Positions 13,873 to 27,856 of a stretch of DNA of 64,000 nucleotides are shown one piece after another. Where the stretch lies: the NCBI RefSeq assembly GCF_009914755.1, contig NC_060929.1, one strand, 5' to 3'. The notes beneath the pieces were generated by a model, which was not told the origin of the DNA, did no database searches, and saw only the letters and a list, made by a program, of their open reading frames with translations. The stretch comes from the human T2T-CHM13v2.0 reference genome, Homo sapiens. Both the position numbers and the translations under genes were made by a program. The first letter of the stretch is position 1; each line of letters opens with the position of its first letter.

Positions 13873-13999
13873 AAATTGATATTAAATATTGCCTTAAAGT
13901 AAGCTTAGAATATTTAGATATTTATGTGTTCATTTCTTCTGTTCTTCAGCCCCACATCAGTCTTCCCTTCTCCCTGTCTCCCCCTTTTGATACACTTTC

Positions 14000-14710
14000 T
14001 TTCACATTTTGGAATAATTTTAAAATTTATAGAACATTTACAATACAGCTCAGAAAATTACTGTATACCCTTCTTCCAGTCCCTCAAAATGTTGGCATCA
14101 TATATAACCTTAATACATTTGTCAAAATCATGACTTTAACATTGGTACATTGTTATCATCTAAAGTACAAACTTTATTTAGATATCACCAAGTTTTCCAC
14201 TAATGTCCTTTTTCTGATTGAGAATCCAATTCAAGATTTTTCATTTATTCAGGATTCTTTATTGCCTTTAGCCACCCTTAGTCTTCTCCCATCTGTGACA
14301 GTTGGTCAATTTATTCTTTTTTTTCACAGCCTTGACAGCTTTAAGGAGCACGGGTCAGATGTTTTTAGAAGGTCCCTCCATTTGGGTTCACCTGAGGCTT
14401 TTTCACGGTTAGACTGGGGTTCTGGATTTTAGAGATAATACCACAGGCATGAAGTGTTCTTCTCATCACATCATATCAGAGGATAGCAGCATGACGTTAG
14501 CGTGACTTACCACTGATGATGTTAACCTTGATCACTCAGTTACAGTGGTATCTGTGGGTTTCCCCACTATAATGTTGCTATTGTTCCCTTTTTCTATTCT
14601 ATTATTTGGAAGTGAGTCACTAGGTCCCAGCCCACTCTCAAAGAGAGGAGATTTAAGCTCTACCATTTGAAGAAGGGAGTATCTACATGTATTATTTGGG
14701 CTTCTGTAAA
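14000..14710 (-). mobile_element. L1M (L1MB/MC-type) 3' UTR fragment
   Basis: 'caccaagttttccactaatgtcctttttctg', 'atcacatcatatcag', 'gatgttaaccttgatcact'. Confidence 0.75.
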
Positions 14711-15499
14711 TGTCCTCTTTTAAATCGTAAATTTACCCTTAGTTAGAAAAGAAGCGTTCAGAGATTCTCTAAACACGTGCGGCATGTATAGCCATATTGT
14801 TTTGTTTGTCTATGAATAGCTGTTAAATACCAAAAATTAGTTTTAAAATTACCACTGTGGCAGTTGCTTGTACATGTAAAACATTACAGTTTTCTCCCCT
14901 GTCTTCATGAATGAGATAGTTGCCTTCTCTTTTTGAAGCTAAGGATGGCTGGGTGAAAGGAGCAGGATCATTTACCCTTCTTTCTTCTCAGACTCTCCAT
15001 GAGTTTTCTTCCTGGATTGGAGGGATCTTTTGGTAACCTCAGGTATATTGAGAGATCTCAAAAACAACAGGATTCTCAGACAAGATTAATTTTATTTAAT
15101 CTTTATCTTTAATGCAAATATTTGCTAGTTAACACTTAAAAGTCTGGGGGGAGGATACAATATCAAGCAAGTAATGATAAACAGCAACTCTAAAAAATGT
15201 TAAATGTCATTGAGTCATCAATATCAATGAAAATCTAGAAATTTTTAATCTTAAGAATTTCTTTAATCCAGTGTCAACAATTAGCATATTGTTTAGTTCA
15301 GATGGATACTTCTTGCTGTTTTTTGCTTTTTTCCCTTTTTCTTTCCTCCTCCAATTCTTACGTGACAGTAAATTTTTAACACACACTCCACATATGTCAA
15401 GCACAAGCTTGGGTTTATGACCCAGACCAATACCATGTCTTATCTAATTATCTAAGTATGTGTTAGTGACCTTATCCTGACATTAAGAAAATAAAATGA

Positions 15500-15790
15500 G
15501 GACACATACACGAAGTACTGCAGGGACTTTGGCGATAAAATGACTTGATGCCGTTCATTGACGTCTGACAGGTGCAGATTTATCAGCATGTGGCCCTCAT
15601 CCATTAGGGCAGGAGCTGCTCCCCGCGCAGGCTGCAACCGCTTAGCCCTCCTGGTATTTGCAGACTTTTGCAGCTATTGTTCACAAGGTCTTGGCCACAG
15701 CACATTCATTTCTCTCACTTTATTACCATCACATCTGATTCCAATTTGCTACCAAATTGAGTTTCCAGTCCTGAGCCTGACATTCAAGCC
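15500..15790. promoter_or_regulatory. Candidate enhancer-like non-repetitive block
   Basis: No repeat similarity that I recognise; about 7 CpG in 15510-15641; TGACGTC, TGACAG, CTATTGT and TTTATTAC motifs. Confidence 0.3.
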
Positions 15791-16345
15791 ATCAGGTGGA
15801 TTAGCTCCTACAGCTTGGTTAGCGTGGTAGCTTCAGGTCAGTTGACAGTGGCCTATTAAATGTCCTTTGCTCCTCATCTTGGAATCTCGGCTGCCATCCC
15901 GTGGAGCAGCAGTGCTGGGTTACCCACTGTAACCTTTCTCCTTGTTTAGAACTCATAATTCTAGACCTACTGGAAAGATTTCTGATTAAAAACAGAGTTG
16001 GTTTTTATCCCTTATCTTGCTGTTTCAGCAGCTTTTTCTCAGAGCATAGCAGCCAGTTTATGCTCAGGTTATTTGGTGGAATATGATTGATGGAACTATT
16101 TGGGTCATTCGTTTGGTCCCTTTCCTCTTATATCTTCTGAGTGATCTATTTGCATATATAGTTGAAATAACATCTGATTTATTATTTTGTTGTTATTAAT
16201 GATAACACCTCAGGTACCTTTTATGCGGCTGTCAGATCAGCTTATTGGACAGAGCAGTATTATTCATTTGGTCTCTAGGCCTTTGCTCTGCACTAGTATC
16301 AATGCCTTTCTAGGAGAAATGGCCTGAGTCTGGTACAGTGTGGTG

Positions 16346-16470
16346 TATTTTGTAATCTCAGCTACTCAGGAGGCTGAGGCAAGAGGATGCTTGAACCCAG
16401 GAGTTTGAGATCAGCTTGGGCAATGTAGTGAGACCTCATCCTAAAAATAAATAAAAATTAAAAAATAAAA
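16346..16470 (+). mobile_element. FLAM_A-type Alu monomer
   Basis: 'tgtaatctcagctactcaggaggctgaggc...ggagtttgagatcagcttgggcaa' plus A tail; tacagtgtggtg on both flanks (16334, 16473). Confidence 0.85.
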
Positions 16471-19400
16471 GATACAGTGTGGTGAGCTATTACTTCTAGG
16501 AAGTTCTCTCTTTTTCTTTTCTTTAACCTGAATACAACACTGATTTCTCAATGCTTATGGTAACCAAAGATCCATGTATAGAAAATTACTCATTGGTTTT
16601 CTATTTATGTTTCGGTTCCCAAGGAAAACTGTCTTGGTCAGAGACTTTTCTCGTCATTAGAGGTTTTAGTAAATGAAGGTATATTTATGTTTCAGAATCA
16701 GGGAGCCAAGTTCAGCAAACACTATAATTTCTTGGAGCTAATCAAGGATTAAAGAAAAAAGCAAAGCAAAGCAAAACAAAACAAAAAGCACTTTACCACT
16801 GAACCCTAGAGCCCTTGAAAAGAAAAGGTTTTGCTATTGGGTGAAAGAAGACGACACTTCATTCCTAAAATTGCTGATTGTTTTTCTGGCTTTTGATCAG
16901 TTATGATTGCTGTAACTCTGTATGGAAATATATTTGCCAGTTAATAAGTAAGTCCTGCTGTGTTTAAAGCAGCAGCCACAGAGCTCTCCTCCCCTCTGGT
17001 CTGATGCTCTCACTGCCACTTTCTGTAAGCTGTGCTGGAGTAAGTTGTGCTGTGGAAAAGTGATAGCTGAGCCTGCTGTCCATGACAAACATTGAAATAT
17101 TCAATAAAAATAAGAGACAGGAAAGGTGAGTTTGAAGCTGATGGGGAAATACCTTTCAAAGGATAGTGCTCAAGCACCTGAAAGGCAGAAAAATAAATGA
17201 GAATTATGGGCATGAATAACCAAATTTAGTCATAATGCGCTTCATTTTGAGTTTAAATAGCCAAACGACTCATTGCTTCCTGTTCTTTAATAATTGACAG
17301 CAAGTAATTATTCTTGAGCTTTGAAAACTTCATTAGTGGATAAGAGGTATTTCTGAATCTATTTTTGTTTATTTCTTTGGTTGGCTTGTTTTCTTGGGTG
17401 GTTTTTTAGTTTTCCACAGCCTCTTGATGATTAGGTAGGTAAGAATCTTAAAATTGAGATAAGTGTGAAGGCACCCTTTTAAAACTATGAAGCACTCTAA
17501 TAATTGTTGTGGTTGTCTGATTACCTTTTAGAAGTTGATTAAGCTACTTTTAAATATCCCAAGGAATAAATGGATGTTTTGAGAAATAATACCAAAAGGA
17601 AATCTTTTCCATTATTATTTTAAAAATAGGAAGTACAATATTTGGTATGCATAATGTTTGCATGAATATATTTCTGTTGAGGGCAAATAGTTTGATTTAA
17701 TTGTCCTTTACATTGCACCTTTCATTTAATTATAATCCTGCAAAATGTCTCCTACTTCTTATAGTTAAATCCTGTTTGGATAAGTTCTTTGCTTCTTCAG
17801 ATTTTCCGTATGCTCAGTTGTAGGGCCATGTAACTCAACTCAGTATTTTACTGTAGTTGCTTTGGGAAGATTGATGGTTTTTCTGCTCTGGAATTCAGAT
17901 AAGCTGTGTTTGTACCTTAAACACAGTGTGTAAAGAGAACCGTGTAAGAAGGGATCCAGCATAAAATTATGACATTAAAATGTTTTCAGTATAAGAAATG
18001 CCAAATCAAGCGTAATGAAGGATGATACATTTTACGTTATCCATTTGGTATCCTAGTAATCTAAGGTTAATGCAGCATTGCTTATATATGGTTTTTTTTT
18101 CTTTTGCAGAAGGAGCTGAGTCTCCCCAGAAGAGGAAGTTTGTAAGTAGTAGTATTTTGTTTCCTTGTTTTCTTTTTATTAATATATAGTTTATAGTATG
18201 ATTCTTCTCTGATTCATTAGTGGCAATTATAAAATGAATGATAATCAACTGAAGAAAACAAAAAACTGAATTTATTTATAAAAGTCAAACAGTAGTAATG
18301 ATTTCATAATTTCCAGGGTTTGTTCCATATGGGCATTGCAAACCTAAATGTATATTTATTCCTCGGAGAATCTTAATTTTTAAAATGCTGTTATATAATT
18401 AAGCAAAAACATTATTTGGTTAGGAGACAGAGTACATTGATTTGAATCAAGAATTAGTGTTCTTTATGTTCTGAAATCCATAATTTTTCTTTATACTGTG
18501 GATTTTACATGGAGTAAATTATGTACTTTTGAATCTGAATTGGAGACTTTGAATCAGTTAAACTTTCCATTATTAGATCTAGATCTTATTGAACTGATTC
18601 ATGTAATGACCTTGTATTAAAATAATGGATTTATGAACTTTGACTTGATTTCTTTATAGTGTGTTTTATTCTTTTATTTTTAAGGCCAATAATATATTTG
18701 CATAAATCATAATTTTTTCCATTAGCAAGTTGCAGAATAAAATTGAGGACAGAATTAACTACCCTCAATTAAGGTCGAATTTGTTATCCAATAGTACTGT
18801 GTAAGGGCTGGTCTGGAAACATTTACATTTGATGTCTGATTTAAGTTGAAGAAGTTAGTAGATGGAGCACCTCCTTTAAAAAAATAGTATTTAAGATAAG
18901 TTTTTGCAACTCTCCTCTTGGAGGATTAGAAAAATATATGGCAACTGTTGAAATATAGGATTTATTCTAGGCTAAATTTTGGAAAATTTCAGCCTTTGCA
19001 TCTAAGAACCAAAAATTCATCAGCTGTGAACATTTCATTACTGTCCATTTTGCTTCCTGTCTTTTGTACAAGTTTAGGCTGCCAGGCAGACACTGGATTA
19101 TTATTTTTGGAGAATGTGCCCAGATAAATTGTCACTAGCTTTCAGCTTCCATCTCCCTGTGCTAGAGTTTAACAGAAAATAGTTTGCTATAGGAAATGGA
19201 CTTAGAATTAACTCTTTCCTCTTCTGCATCATGATTAGGACTCTGTTGCCGAAACTTGGAAAAGTCCAAACTTTTTGATATTTCCCATCATGATGAGACA
19301 AAAGAAAAATAGAAAACTACATGAAATACTTTTATAGAAAAAAATCTTATTTTTTTGTACTTTTATTTAAGGCTTAAGCACCCTTTATTTTTTATTTGAA

Positions 19401-21094
19401 AACTTCAGAACTTCAGTCAAATCTTGCTTTTAGCCTTTTTAATAGATTGCACATGGGTTTTGTTTTTTGTTTCTTGTTTTATCATGTTAGTGTTTCCAAT
19501 AATATTATAAAGATTATGTTAATTACAGAATGAGATTTCATATTTCTATTTAAGGGTAATTTCCTCTTTTGCACTTGAGTAAGTCTCAATTCTGTTAATG
19601 TTAGCTGATAGCCATGATTTGTTGTGAAAATATGTGATAAGGAAAGTATTTAAGTTTCTTTATTTGAGAAAATGGGATCTTTAGTGAAAAAAGAATAATG
19701 ACATAAGTTTGTTTGGAGCCTATCCTTTGGAAACATAGTAAGAGAAAGTCTGAATTACATCAGAGCCATTTAAACTCCCCTCCCTATTAAAAGTCAATTG
19801 AGCATTCAGATGATGAGCATGAAGCACACTGTATATGTATACGTGAACACACATCTGCTTTTTTAGTGAATTCTGGGAAAATTAATACTTTCAAGTGAGG
19901 TAAACCAACAATAAACATGCTATTTTGTATTTTCTATTAAGCACAAATATTCCCCAGAGAATTAATGATGCCTCATATAGCTGTGCTAGAACCCAGTGTC
20001 ACTCAGCATTTTTAGTGAATACTGTACAGAATGCCAGTAATTACTCTCCTCATGCAAGGTTCTTTTATGACTTTGAGAAAGGGAAAATACTTTTTAAAAT
20101 AAATGCTAGAGTGATTTTATACAAATCTAATGAAGAAAGGCACAAATGTATCTTTATTAGTATCAGTTAGCCAACATAATAGTACCTGATAATTAAACCT
20201 GTTAACACTCTCTTAGTTTATTTACTGCATACATGCCTCCTCCATAAATGCTTTGAAATCTTTTTATATCTTCTCTCAGAAAGATTGGGGTTTGCTTCTG
20301 CTGTTCTTTTCAGTCTTTTTGTTGTTGTTCCATATTAACAGTAAGCAACTGCACATAGCGTGATGTATTTCTTATTGTCTTTGGTCATACAGCAATGTGA
20401 TCCAACTTGTTAGAGAGTGTGTACCTTGATAAAGGCTGAAAAGCCCTCTATTTTGATATATCTGCTGCTTCAGATTGTATGTCTTGAAAGATAGTAGCTT
20501 TAAAATTGCATTTTCAGCATTCTGAAACTTACGGGGTTTTCCAAATTTTTTTGAAAAATTTGAATATTGCTTTAACTAAGCTTAAAGGTAACTTTTATAT
20601 CCAGAATCATGGTAAAAACATATATTAAATTGAAAGCTTTCAGAAGTGAAAGACCACAGGAAATTTTTTTGTTATTAGTTAAAAGTATAAAAAAGCAAAC
20701 TATTCTGTCTAGAAAAAGAAATTCACATCCCCACTAATTTATTATTTACAATCATTTTAATGAGAACTAACTTGAAGACTCTCTTGTTTTATATACATTT
20801 TTAAAAGGTGCAGAAGCAGTGATTGTGACTGGGTAATAGACAAGAGAAGTGAGAGAAACTGCTTTCTAGGCAAGATGCTGTTATGAGATTGTCAGGTAAC
20901 TCCAGATCACTTTTCCAGAGGCATTCCAGCTTCCTAGACAGCTGGATTTTAGCTATTTCTCTTCTTTTTCCATTCAACGAATAGCCATTTGCCAAGGCTT
21001 CTTCTGACCCCAGATTCTTCCTGTACTTTCCCCCTCATTCTCCTTGGAACTAAAGTTATCACATTGTCCTATCCCCCTCCTTCCAGCTACCTGT

Positions 21095-21490
21095 CAAAAT
21101 CGTGATATAGTCAGATAATGAAATATTATACAGCAGGTAAAGTAACCAAACCAGAGTATACTTATCAGCAGGTATAATTGCCAAGAATAGAATGATAAGC
21201 AAGTGTTAAAAGCAAATTCCAGGTACAAGATGGCATTTATATTATAAAACTTAAAAAATGCAAAACAATATGTTGTTTCTGAATACAGGCATTTACAGTA
21301 AAGGTATAAAACATGCATGGAAAGCAAGTTTATGATAAAGGTCACTTACTAGTGGAGAGAATGAAAGACATTGGATTTGAGAGGCCTCTGCAAGGAGTTT
21401 CACGTATATCATTAATGTGATAGTGTGTATATGGGTGTTTATATTATAGCCACTATATTTTTGGTATTCTTGAAATATTTTATGTAAAAT
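21095..21490 (+). mobile_element. L1ME 3' UTR fragment
   Basis: 'aatgaaatattatacagcaggtaaa...aaaacttaaaaaatgcaaaacaata'. Confidence 0.6.
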
Positions 21491-21591
21491 ACTCAGTGAT
21501 TGTTTTGAAGTAGGATTCAAATTGCTTTAACCAAGTATTTATGTAGATTTTTAAGTAATTTGAATAACAATGATGTAAACATTCTCACACC

Positions 21592-21597
<6 letters not shown>

Positions 21598-21633
<36 letters not shown>
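21598..21633. repeat. (TG)~18 microsatellite
   Basis: Read directly from the sequence. Confidence 0.97.
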
Positions 21634-21634
<1 letters not shown>

Positions 21635-22894
21635 TTGGTTAATTTTGTCTCATAATGAAGATTGCTCCAAATAAATATGATTTGACAATAACTGCAATAT
21701 CTACAGTGGCAGACACCAATTGGTTCTTCCCAGAACATCATAGAAAAAATTATGATGATAAATTGTGATAATCTTGAAATGTTTTAGTATATACTACCTC
21801 AAGCCAGGTGATGAAGCAAAGGAGATAATAGCATTTATGACGGTATATTATTACACTTAGCTTCAGAACTAGATTTGTTGCCTTAGATTTTTATCCCACT
21901 TTATCCCTCAAAGAGTTGAGACTCTGAATGCCTGTTCTTTGTGTTCAGCAAGGTGCCCAGTATAATAACTACATAGTGCGGACATTTGTGGAGTCTGTAC
22001 AAATCTGTCTCCCCCTCCTAGATTGGGAGCCTCCAAGCAGTGGACCTGCCGTGTTCTCTTAGGTTCTGTCACTGTGCCTGCTCCCTGAGCGCAAGTGGTG
22101 ATGCCATGGCTGGATGGCTGGTGCCAGATCCTTCATGGTTTCAATTCAGTGTGGAACACATCAACCTTCTGCATGTTGTTTGATTTAGATTTTTCTAATA
22201 ACGAATTTGTACTGTCTGTATTTATGAAAGTGCCATTATTGTTGTGGTACTTTTTTTCACCCATATTTTGAATGTAAGTCCTGAAATTACATTTGTAAGT
22301 GGAAAAATTCACAGGGAAGTGTTTGTTTTCAGGCAAGGAAGGTGCAAAAAGTGGAAAAGCCCAAGATGTGAGTCCAAGATGATTAGGAGCAAAACCAAGG
22401 TGTCCCTGGCAGCCACTATTTATTTTTAAAGGACCCCTTTGTGTTTTGTTAATTGCCTAAATAAACAGCTCTCCAGGACAGAGAGGCTTCTTTTTTCATG
22501 GAATTCCCTAGAGTGCCTTGATGGTGTTTATACCCTGGAGAGAGGAGCAGGAAATAGGCTCAGGCTAGCTCCTGTTTTTAAGCGGTATTTCAGATGTCTC
22601 CGTATAGAGAAGAAGGAAACTGTACTATGTATTCTTAGCAAATAGATTCTCCCTGCTGCTTAAAATGACCTTTCCTCCACCTTGTTTAATTATAAGCCGT
22701 GGTGCATTGTTTCATGGCCTTGTAGGTCCGGGATCTATAAAATTATCTGCAATTATCACTTCATTTTAGTAGAAGCAGTGACTGACACTTGGCAGTTTCT
22801 TAGCTTTAAGTTCTCTGGCCACACCTGCTTGATTGCTTGCTTGCTTGATTGATGGATTGGTTTATGATATTTGATTGTGACAGCTGTTTTAAAT

Positions 22895-23155
22895 TTATTT
22901 TTATTTAAAAAATTTTTCCAACTCTTTTGAAAAATAATTTCAACTTTTAGGTTCAGGAAGTACGTGTGTAGATTTGCTACAGGAGTATATTGCATGACAC
23001 TAAGGTTTGGGGTAAAAATGATCCTGACACCCAGGTAGTGAGTGAATATAGTACCCAAACAGTAGTTTTCCAGCCCTTTCCCCCTTGCCTCCCTGCACTA
23101 ATAGACCTAGTAGACCCTGGTGTCTTATTGTTCCCATCTTTATGTCCACACACAT
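22895..23155 (-). mobile_element. L1PA (L1PA15/16-like) 3' end, 5'-truncated
   Basis: 'aggtttggggta...acccaggtagtgag...atagtacccaa...ttgttcccatctttatgtcca'. Confidence 0.85.
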
Positions 23156-23186
23156 GCTTTAAGGATGCTTTTAAAGGAATATCCAA

Positions 23187-23594
<408 letters not shown>

Positions 23595-23695
23595 TCAAAT
23601 TATCCCAGAGGCAATTTAAAAGGTTTTGCTTATTTTAATTAACTGATCTAGCAACAATACTAGCAGCTGGTAACAGTATTCCTCATTATAGAGTT

Positions 23696-24537
23696 TGTCA
23701 ATGAAAGAGTCAAACTCTGTAAAATATTTGAAGGGATTTACTCTTAGCTCAATATGAGCGACCAAGGCCTGAGGTCCTGAGAGGTCCTCAGAACATGTGC
23801 CCAAGGTGGTCAGGTTACACTTGGCATCATGCATTTTCAGGAAATATAAGACACCAATTGATACATGTAAATTATGCATTGGTTTGGTCTGGAAAGGTGC
23901 GATAGCTGGGTGGGTGGTGCTTACAGATCATAGGTGGATTCAAAGATTTTCTGATATTGGCAATTGGTTGAAAGAGTTATTATCTAAGACCTGGAATCAG
24001 TAGAAAGGAGTGTCTGGGTTAAGATAAGTGATTATGGAAACTAGGGTTCTTATTATGTAGAATAGATGGTAAATGTCTCTTGTCAGGCCTTAAAAGGTAT
24101 CAGACTCTTAATCTCTCCTGAATCAGGAAAAGTCCTGGAAAAGGAAGAGATTCTCTATAGAATGTAGATTTTTCTCCACAAGAGACAGATTTGCAGAGCC
24201 ATTTAAAAATGTGTCAAAAATATATTTTGGGGTAAAGTACTTGAATTTCTTTCAGGGCCTGCTATCTGTCATGTGATGCTACACTAGAGTCACATTGGAA
24301 TTTGGTCTCTTATGCTACAAAGAGCCTGTTTTGTCAGTCTTAAGATCTCTGTTTTAACGTCAGCTGGTCGGTTGTGCTGAATTCCAAAGGGAAGGAGGGT
24401 ATCATGAGGCATGTCTGACCCTCTCTTCTTATCATGGCCTGAACTAGTTTTTCAGGTTTACTTTGGAATGCCATTGGCTGAAAAAGGGGGATTCGTTCAG
24501 TCAGATGGGGGACTTAGAATTTTATATTTGGTTGACA
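23696..24537 (-). mobile_element. ERV1 solo LTR, MER4 group (MER4D/E-like)
   Basis: TGTCAA...TTGACA termini; 'gagtcaaactctgtaaaatatttgaag', 'gaacatgtgcccaaggtggtc', 'cttagaattttatatttggttgaca'. Confidence 0.85.
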
Positions 24538-25183
24538 TGTTTTTATGATTTTTCTCCATTCACCCTTTCATTATTCCTCTGAGAGTGGTTGGAGTCTATT
24601 AGGGCTGGCCTTGGAATAAGTGGGCTAGTTATCTACTGGCATTTGATAGTTTCAGGTCTGCTAGGAGGTCAATCCCCTCTGACCGCAAAGGGGATTTCCA
24701 TCTTAAACACATCTACCACATGTCAAACATTGCAGTATTAGAAATTCATTCTGCTGGATCTTGGAGATGTCTTTGGTACCTCACTGAAATGTATGTACCT
24801 TTGGTCAGGGCAGGTTGTCGCCCAAACTAAATTTAGCACAGCAGAAGACAATTCATTAATGGGATGCTTCTGGTGAAGTGGCAAGAAACAAGGCTAGCAG
24901 AAAGTTGAGCAGGTATTGAGAACCATTTTACCATATGACTACATTAATAAATGTATGAAAAGAATAATGAACTTATTTTACCACTTTCTAATTTTGCCTT
25001 TCTTGGTTAGGCACAGTAAAGGGTGTCCAGAGATGAGATGGAAGATGAGAGTGACCAACAGAGGGAGAAAATATTGTCAAAAAGTAGTTAGGACTACAAA
25101 GCAGGGGAACTTGATGGTAGCTTCTGGGAGGAGCTGGGCCTGCTAGACTTCTGAGGTAGAGTTTGTCTTATAGTAGATGTATT

Positions 25184-25319
25184 TGTTGGAGAACTTTTTC
25201 CTTAGTTCAACTAAAACTCGGCTTTTATCACACGACCAGGAAAGATTAAGCTTGTGGACATATAGAAGGGTGGGGAAAATGGAATTTACTTGGTGAAAAG
25301 GAAAAATAACTCTCAGCAA

Positions 25320-25363
<44 letters not shown>

Positions 25364-25633
25364 CTGCTAGGAGGTTTCCCACTTCACAGATAGAATCCCA
25401 GGTCACCACACAGGAACAGAAGAGGCCAGGCTTCTCCCCATTGCAAAGGGTGCAAACTTCCCGAGGCTTTACCTCATCCTCCCAGGGTGCAGGTGGGCAT
25501 TACTCAGAAAGAATCAGTGGGGAAAGGGTGGGCTTCATCCAGGATCAGCAGTTCGGTATTTCAGCCTCCAGGCTGTTTTATGCTTGAAAGTAGGATTTCG
25601 CCAGGGACCCTTGGCTGTCTCCTGTCTCAATCA
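25184..25633 (-). mobile_element. ERV1 solo LTR, MER61/MER83-like, with internal (GA)19
   Basis: TG...CA ends; perfect 4-bp TSD TATT (25180-25183, 25634-25637). Confidence 0.75.
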
Positions 25634-25740
25634 TATTGAATTGTGTGTATTGGATTAGGGTATTTCTAAAATTGGAATTTCTGATTTTGACACAAGATAG
25701 GAAGTGAGCTTCTATATAATGAAATGGGCATAGGTTGATG

Positions 25741-25742
<2 letters not shown>

Positions 25743-25780
<38 letters not shown>
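25743..25780. repeat. (TG)19 microsatellite
   Basis: Read directly from the sequence. Confidence 0.97.
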
Positions 25781-25783
<3 letters not shown>

Positions 25784-26479
25784 TTTTTAAAAAGAAGACT
25801 TAGGTTCAGGCCTGTTATATATCAGAAAATACTGCCTTGACTGCCTGTCTAGAAAAGTAGTTTGAGTAAAATGAGATTATTTCTAGAAGGCAAGGAAAGG
25901 GAATCACCTTGGTTTTCAACTTACTTGAATTGCATTTGTGAGATTTTCAGCAAAGTAAAGGCAATGTTTCCTGAAAGAGAGGGAAAGAGTTTAATTCAAA
26001 CAAAATAAAGGATGTGTAAACCATATTTGAATAAATTTTAAAATAAATTTAGTTTTCTTCTTAGCATTTTCTGTCCTCCCACCCCCACAAATATTGAAGC
26101 AAAAATTCAAAATATCTATTATCAAAGCCACATGGAAGTCCAGTGTCATTTTGAATGTTAGAAACCCAAAAACAAAACGAAGAAAAAAATCGAGTGTCGC
26201 ATCTGAATTAGCATTTAAAGTGGCATGTTTACATAAAAAGAGAATAGTGTAATCTATCCTGAGAGTAAAGAGAGGATTTCAGACTGTGGAAGAATGTCAA
26301 TTGCATTTATGTATTCATCGAATAGCCAGTTTGGTATTTGGCACGTATTTGCAGCTTTCCTTATCACACATGCATTTGTCTTCTGTGAAGTGGGTAGGGA
26401 AGAGATTTAGGGTATAGAAACAATGTAGGATTGATCTTCTTACCTTTGAAAATTATATGAAGACCTTAGTTTTGTCCCA

Positions 26480-26665
26480 GGGGAGAGGGTTAGGTTACCT
26501 GTGGGGAGGTTTATAAAAATCTGTGTGCATTGCCAAACACCCTTGGGAATGCAAATCAGAATCTAGTGTGTATTGAGGGCAGGGTAAGGTAGAGGCTTGA
26601 GTACTTTTAACCACTTTTCAAGGTGAATCTAAAATGCCATTCCCAGTTGAGAATTAATGTTCTTA
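26480..26665. mobile_element. MER5-type hAT fragment
   Basis: 'aaatcagaatct...aggtgaatctaa...ccagttgagaa'. Confidence 0.5.
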
Positions 26666-26921
26666 GAGTTTCGGGGGGTGTGTGTAGTGGTGAAGTGTGC
26701 TTTTGGATAGCTAAAAGCAGGGGCAGAAGTTCCCTATTTCATATTTACTGGAATAACTTTTTAGCAAATCAGAATAAAGTAGGATTGGGGGAAAGTTTTT
26801 TAGTGAGCAGTCCTTTTCAGCAATGCTTATTTAGAGTGACCCATTGAGAGAGGCAGATGTCTGTGCTGTCTCACTAAAAGCCACCTTCTCACATCTGTTA
26901 ATCAATAGGCAATCAATCACT

Positions 26922-27140
26922 GAGTAGCATTTTGGAGCTTGGACTCAGAAGTCACACTGCCTAGGTTTGAATCCTGTCTCTGCCATTTAGCCAGCTGCAT
27001 GACCTTAACCTCTATGTGCCTTAGTTTCCTAAAGTAGAATGAGAATATTATTGTGTCCTCAAATTGTTTAGAGGATTAAATTAATATTTGTAAAGTGTTT
27101 ATGACAGTACCTGGCATACAATAAGTGCTGTATGTTTTCT
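26922..27140 (+). mobile_element. MIR
   Basis: 'actgcctaggtttgaatcctgtctctgccattta...acagtacctggcatacaataagtgct'. Confidence 0.85.
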
Positions 27141-27609
27141 TAAATAAATAAAATATATTGGGAATTATGCCCTTCTTTCTCTCCCCCCAGATCATTTATT
27201 TTTGTCCTGTTGAGTTAGACAAAAGACCACAAAGTAGGCTGGGGAAGTCCCCTTAAAGCCAGATCATTGGAGTAGCATTTTCTCAGGGGCTGTTCCATTT
27301 CCATGAAGAGGTGTGAAAGGGGCAGTTGACCCCACGTCCTTGGATAGATCTTTCACTTGTACCCTGCGTTGGTAACCCTAAGGACACGAGCTCTCTATAT
27401 TGCTGTGGAGACAGATGACACATGTGTTCTGGCTCAGTATTATTAGGCCGTGAAGGAACTCACTCCCTGTCCTCAGTGGCCCCTCTATCAGATTTAAGCC
27501 ATCTCTTCTCAGCAGGGTAATCAGGACACTCCTTGAAATTGTGTTTTGGGACTGACAGATGTTGATAGAATAATGCGGTGTATTATAGTGGTCTATATGG
27601 AAAATTTTA

Positions 27610-27785
27610 ATCATAGAATTTCAGAGCTGGAAGAAGCCTTAAGACAAGTCTGACTGAAAATATCTTTATTTCGTAAACAAGGAACCAATGACTCAGAGAA
27701 TTTGAGGCTTGCTTGTGCTCAGGGAGTATATATGTTGATTGCAAACCATGACCAAAATTTAGGGTTCCTAACTCCCAGGGACTGG
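27610..27785 (-). mobile_element. MIR3/MIRc fragment
   Basis: 'atcatagaatttcagagctggaagaagcctta'. Confidence 0.6.
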
Positions 27786-27856
27786 CAAGCAGCCTTTACT
27801 TTTTGAGGTCAACATGCTTGGGTTAGAAACATAGATATCAACAAGGGAGTGGGTAC

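Noticed and set aside
13926-14432. Longest ORF (168 aa) as a real CDS
   Set aside because: Runs antisense through an L1 3' UTR fragment; no recognisable domain or exon structure
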